Assembly: GCA_023229365.1 (NCBI GenBank)
Contig: JALNZK010000002.1
Span: 318,343 to 340,072 of the forward strand
Length of the DNA stretch: 21,730 bases
Reading direction: 5' to 3'
DNA from: Pseudomonadota bacterium
Lineage (GTDB): Bacteria; Myxococcota_A; Polyangia; JAAYKL01
Shown here in pieces: positions 19,241 to 21,730 of this stretch; position 1 is the stretch's first letter; every line of letters begins with the position of its first letter. The notes beneath the pieces were generated by a model. It was not told where the DNA came from. It made no database searches and saw only the letters and a list, made by a program, of their open reading frames with translations. Position numbers and translations under genes: made by a program.

Positions 19241-21730
19241 ATGGCGTTATCAACAGACACAATGGCCCAAATGGCATTAAAGTTCCTCTTAGGTAAGAGT
19301 GATACTAATTATGCACAGAAAGGACCAAACAATGAGGCTGAAGCTTACAACATTGTTGTTGATGGCACTAAAGTCTGGACAGATAGTGTTCCAGGCACGG
19401 CTCCTGTTGGTGACACGAGTGTTATTTATTGTCTGGATGGAGTGACGCACGCTCAGGCTGTCCTTACAGCCGATCCAACATCTAATGGGCAAGCATTTTT
19501 TGCCACATATCCAGCAGGAGAGATGTCTTATCCGCCTGGAATTTCTGCTGGAGACAGAGTAAAAAATGCCATTCCTCCGTCTTATGGAACAGACTATGAA
19601 GGAAAACCATACGCCGGGGCCACACTCATTCCTCCTGGAGATGGAAGAGATTGGATTTATCAATATGAATCTGGTGTGTTTTTTCAAGAAACCGCCAGTG
19701 CCCCACCAACTCCAACCTCTATTAAGATTTATGTTTATATAGGGAAAACTGTAGCTACGGGCGGCTACAGTGGATATTCTGGAATCAGCGGTTACTCAGG
19801 ATCAGGAATTAGTGGCTACAGCGGTTACTCAGGCATTAGTGGTTACTCTGGTTCTGGTGTCAGTGGCTACTCAGGATATAGTGGTTCAGGCATTAGTGGT
19901 TACTCTGGTTCTGGTGTCAGTGGCTACTCAGGGAAAAGTGGATACTCAGGCTCAGGCATCAGTGGCTACAGCGGTTATAGTGGTTCAGGCGTTAGTGGTT
20001 ACAGCGGTTACTCAGGGAAAAGTGGGTACTCAGGCTCAGGCGTTAGTGGTTACTCAGGATCAGGCATTAGTGGATACTCTGGCTCAGGTGTCAGTGGTTA
20101 CTCAGGATATAGTGGGTATTCAGGGAAAAGTGGATACTCTGGAATTAGTGGATACTCTGGATCGGGCATTAGTGGCTACAGCGGATATAGTGGAATTAGC
20201 GGCTACTCGGGCATCAGTGGATATAGTGGAATTAGCGGCTACTCGGGCATCAGTGGATATAGTGGAATTAGCGGCTACTCGGGATATAGCGGTTACTCAG
20301 GATATAGTGGTTCAGGCATTAGTGGATACTCTGGCTCAGGTGTCAGTGGTTACTCGGGATATAGCGGTTACTCAGGATATAGTGGTTACTCAGGTATTAG
20401 TGGATACTCAGGCTCAGGCATCAGTGGCTACAGCGGTTATAGTGGTTCAGGTGTTAGTGGCTACAGTGGTTATAGTGGTTCAGGTGTTAGTGGCTACAGT
20501 GGTTATTCAGGCGTTAGTGGTTATTCAGGTTACTCAGGTTCAGGTGTCAGTGGCCACAGCGGAATTAGCGGCTACTCGGGCATTAGCGGCTACTCGGGCA
20601 TTAGTGGTTACTCGGGCATTAGTGGTTACTCGGGCATTAGTGGTTACTCGGGATATAGCGGTTACTCAGGAAAAAGTGGATACTCAGGCATTAGCGGTTA
20701 CTCAGGATCGGGCATCAGTGGTTACTCAGGATATAGCGGTTACTCAGGGAAAAGTGGATACTCGGGCATTAGTGGTGACTCGGGCATTAGTGGTTACTCG
20801 GGCATTAGTGGGTACTCGGGCATTAGTGGGTACTCGGGCATTAGTGGTTACTCGGGCATTAGTGGGTACTCGGGCATTAGTGGTTACTCGGGATATAGCG
20901 GTTACTCAGGATCGGGCATCAGTGGTTACTCAGGATATAGCGGTTACTCAGGGAAAAGTGGATACTCGGGCATTAGTGGTTACTCAGGTTCAGGTATTAG
21001 TGGATACAGTGGTTATTCAGGCATTAGTGGTTATTCAGGCATTAGTGGTTACTCGGGCATTAGTGGGTACTCGGGCATTAGTGGGTACTCGGGCATTAGT
21101 GGGTACTCGGGCATTAGTGGGTACTCGGGCTCAGGTGTCAGTGGTTACAGCGGATACTCAGGAGAGCCAGCACCATATTTGTATTTATATAATTCAGCCC
21201 ATACCAGCACCCCTGGTGCTGGTCATTTCTCCGCAGATGATGTATTAACAGATGCTACCGTTGTATACATTTCATCAATAGAGTTTCATACTACCGATGT
21301 TTATATGTTTTTTAACCTTATGAAGGTTGGGGATCAAATAAGGATTACAAATCTCAATAATAAGGCATTATACTTTGGTTTTAACATCATAAGTATTGAT
21401 AGTTCAGTCAGTGATGTTATCGCACTGGGTGTGAATACGGGGCCTTTTAGCGGAGGGTTTAGCCCAGGATTTGATGGGTCTTTTGGTGGTACTGGATTCA
21501 GCGACAATGATTTGGTTGAAATTTCATTGCAAGTCATAGGAGTTTCAGGCTACTCAGGCGTTAGTGGTTACTCGGGATATAGTGGCTCAGGCATCAGTGG
21601 TTATTCTGGCATTAGTGGGTACTCGGGTTACTCAGGCTCAGGCATTAGTGGATACTCTGGATCGGGCATCAGTGGCTACAGTGGTTATTCAGGGAAAAGT
21701 GGATACTCTGGAATTAGTGGATACTCTGGA
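19241..21730 (+). CDS. Second tail fibre-like protein, 3' end outside the window (>829 aa), dominated by (S/G)YSG repeats
   Basis: The ATG at 19241 abuts the TAA of the upstream gene. Manual translation: MALSTDTMAQMALKFLLGKSDTNYAQKGPNNEAEAYNIVVDGTKVW...IKIYVYIGKTVATGGYSGYSGISGYSGSG.... I followed this frame through the ~125-aa non-repeat domain (EPAPYLYLYNSAHTSTPGAGHF...LVEISLQVIG) and into a second repeat block without meeting a stop. Missing from the ORF track because it has no stop in the window. Confidence 0.8.
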   Translation, partial: MALSTDTMAQMALKFLLGKSDTNYAQKGPNNEAEAYNIVVDGTKVWTDSVPGTAPVGDTSVIYCLDGVTHAQAVLTADPTSNGQAFFATYPAGEMSYPPGISAGDRVKNAIPPSYGTDYEGKPYAGATLIPPGDGRDWIYQYESGVFFQETASAPPTPTSIKIYVYIGKTVATGGYSGYSGISGYSGSGISGYSGYSGISGYSGSGVSGYSGYSGSGISGYSGSGVSGYSGKSGYSGSGISGYSGYSGSGVSGYSGYSGKSGYSGSGVSGYSGSGISGYSGSGVSGYSGYSGYSGKSGYSGISGYSGSGISGYSGYSGISGYSGISGYSGISGYSGISGYSGISGYSGYSGYSGYSGSGISGYSGSGVSGYSGYSGYSGYSGYSGISGYSGSGISGYSGYSGSGVSGYSGYSGSGVSGYSGYSGVSGYSGYSGSGVSGHSGISGYSGISGYSGISGYSGISGYSGISGYSGYSGYSGKSGYSGISGYSGSGISGYSGYSGYSGKSGYSGISGDSGISGYSGISGYSGISGYSGISGYSGISGYSGISGYSGYSGYSGSGISGYSGYSGYSGKSGYSGISGYSGSGISGYSGYSGISGYSGISGYSGISGYSGISGYSGISGYSGISGYSGSGVSGYSGYSGEPAPYLYLYNSAHTSTPGAGHFSADDVLTDATVVYISSIEFHTTDVYMFFNLMKVGDQIRITNLNNKALYFGFNIISIDSSVSDVIALGVNTGPFSGGFSPGFDGSFGGTGFSDNDLVEISLQVIGVSGYSGVSGYSGYSGSGISGYSGISGYSGYSGSGISGYSGSGISGYSGYSGKSGYSGISGYSG
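19760..21163 (+). repeat. 1.4-kb coding array of imperfect 9/15/18-nt-based repeats encoding ~468 aa of G-[YIVKSD]-S triplets with frequent GS phase shifts
   Basis: Direct reading: GYSGYSGISGYSGSGISGYSGYSGISGYSGSGVSGYSGYSGSGISG...GKSGYSG.... A second block resumes at 21539 and runs to the window end. Confidence 0.9.

Noticed and set aside
19770-21248. 492-aa ORF (VTQALVVT... frame) and the antisense 132-aa ORF 19289..19687
   Set aside because: These are alternative-frame artefacts of a stop-free triplet repeat. The GYS frame starts at 19241 with start-stop abutment to the upstream fibre gene and continues through the non-repeat domains.
16892-21730. Calling the fibre repeats a bona fide collagen triple-helix domain
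   Set aside because: The Gly-every-third-residue register is repeatedly broken by GS/GSG insertions (11-aa units in fibre 1, many GSG in fibre 2), and there is no Pro. I describe it only as collagen-like in period.

Overview
This window reads as part of a tailed bacteriophage or prophage genome from a bacterium: moderately AT-rich, tightly packed, with many ATGA/TAATG start-stop overlaps, AGGAG-type ribosome-binding sites and sigma70-like promoters. Layout: (i) 1-2000, small hypothetical genes. (ii) 2200-3000, two tandem paralogous small Gly/Ala/Val-rich proteins. (iii) 3100-5770, a plus-strand block: LAGLIDADG endonuclease, Nudix hydrolase, CYTH enzyme, FmdB-type Zn-ribbon and small ORFs. 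(iv) 5900-6420, a secreted CAP/SCP protein. (v) 6485-12816, a long minus-strand operon holding a JAB/JAMM peptidase, ThiF/E1-like enzyme and vWA protein cassette, a GIY-YIG endonuclease, a NADAR domain protein, an HD-motif protein and a lipoprotein. (vi) 13123-16510, the most unusual region: a Ro60/TROVE-vWA-like protein, a 76-aa ubiquitin-like candidate ending in Gly, and a promoter-driven ~1.8 kb array of nine copies of a conserved two-strand RNA motif. Compensatory base changes support the motif helix. The motif is combined with tRNA-like domains in three topologies: flanking, inserted into the D-loop, and circularly permuted. I read this as an expanded Y-RNA-like/Ro system. (vii) 16892 to the window end, two tail-fibre genes with very long (S/G)-Y-S-G repeats; the second gene (19241 to >21730) is absent from the ORF track because it runs off the window. 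All functional calls rest on motifs read by eye; no database search was possible.
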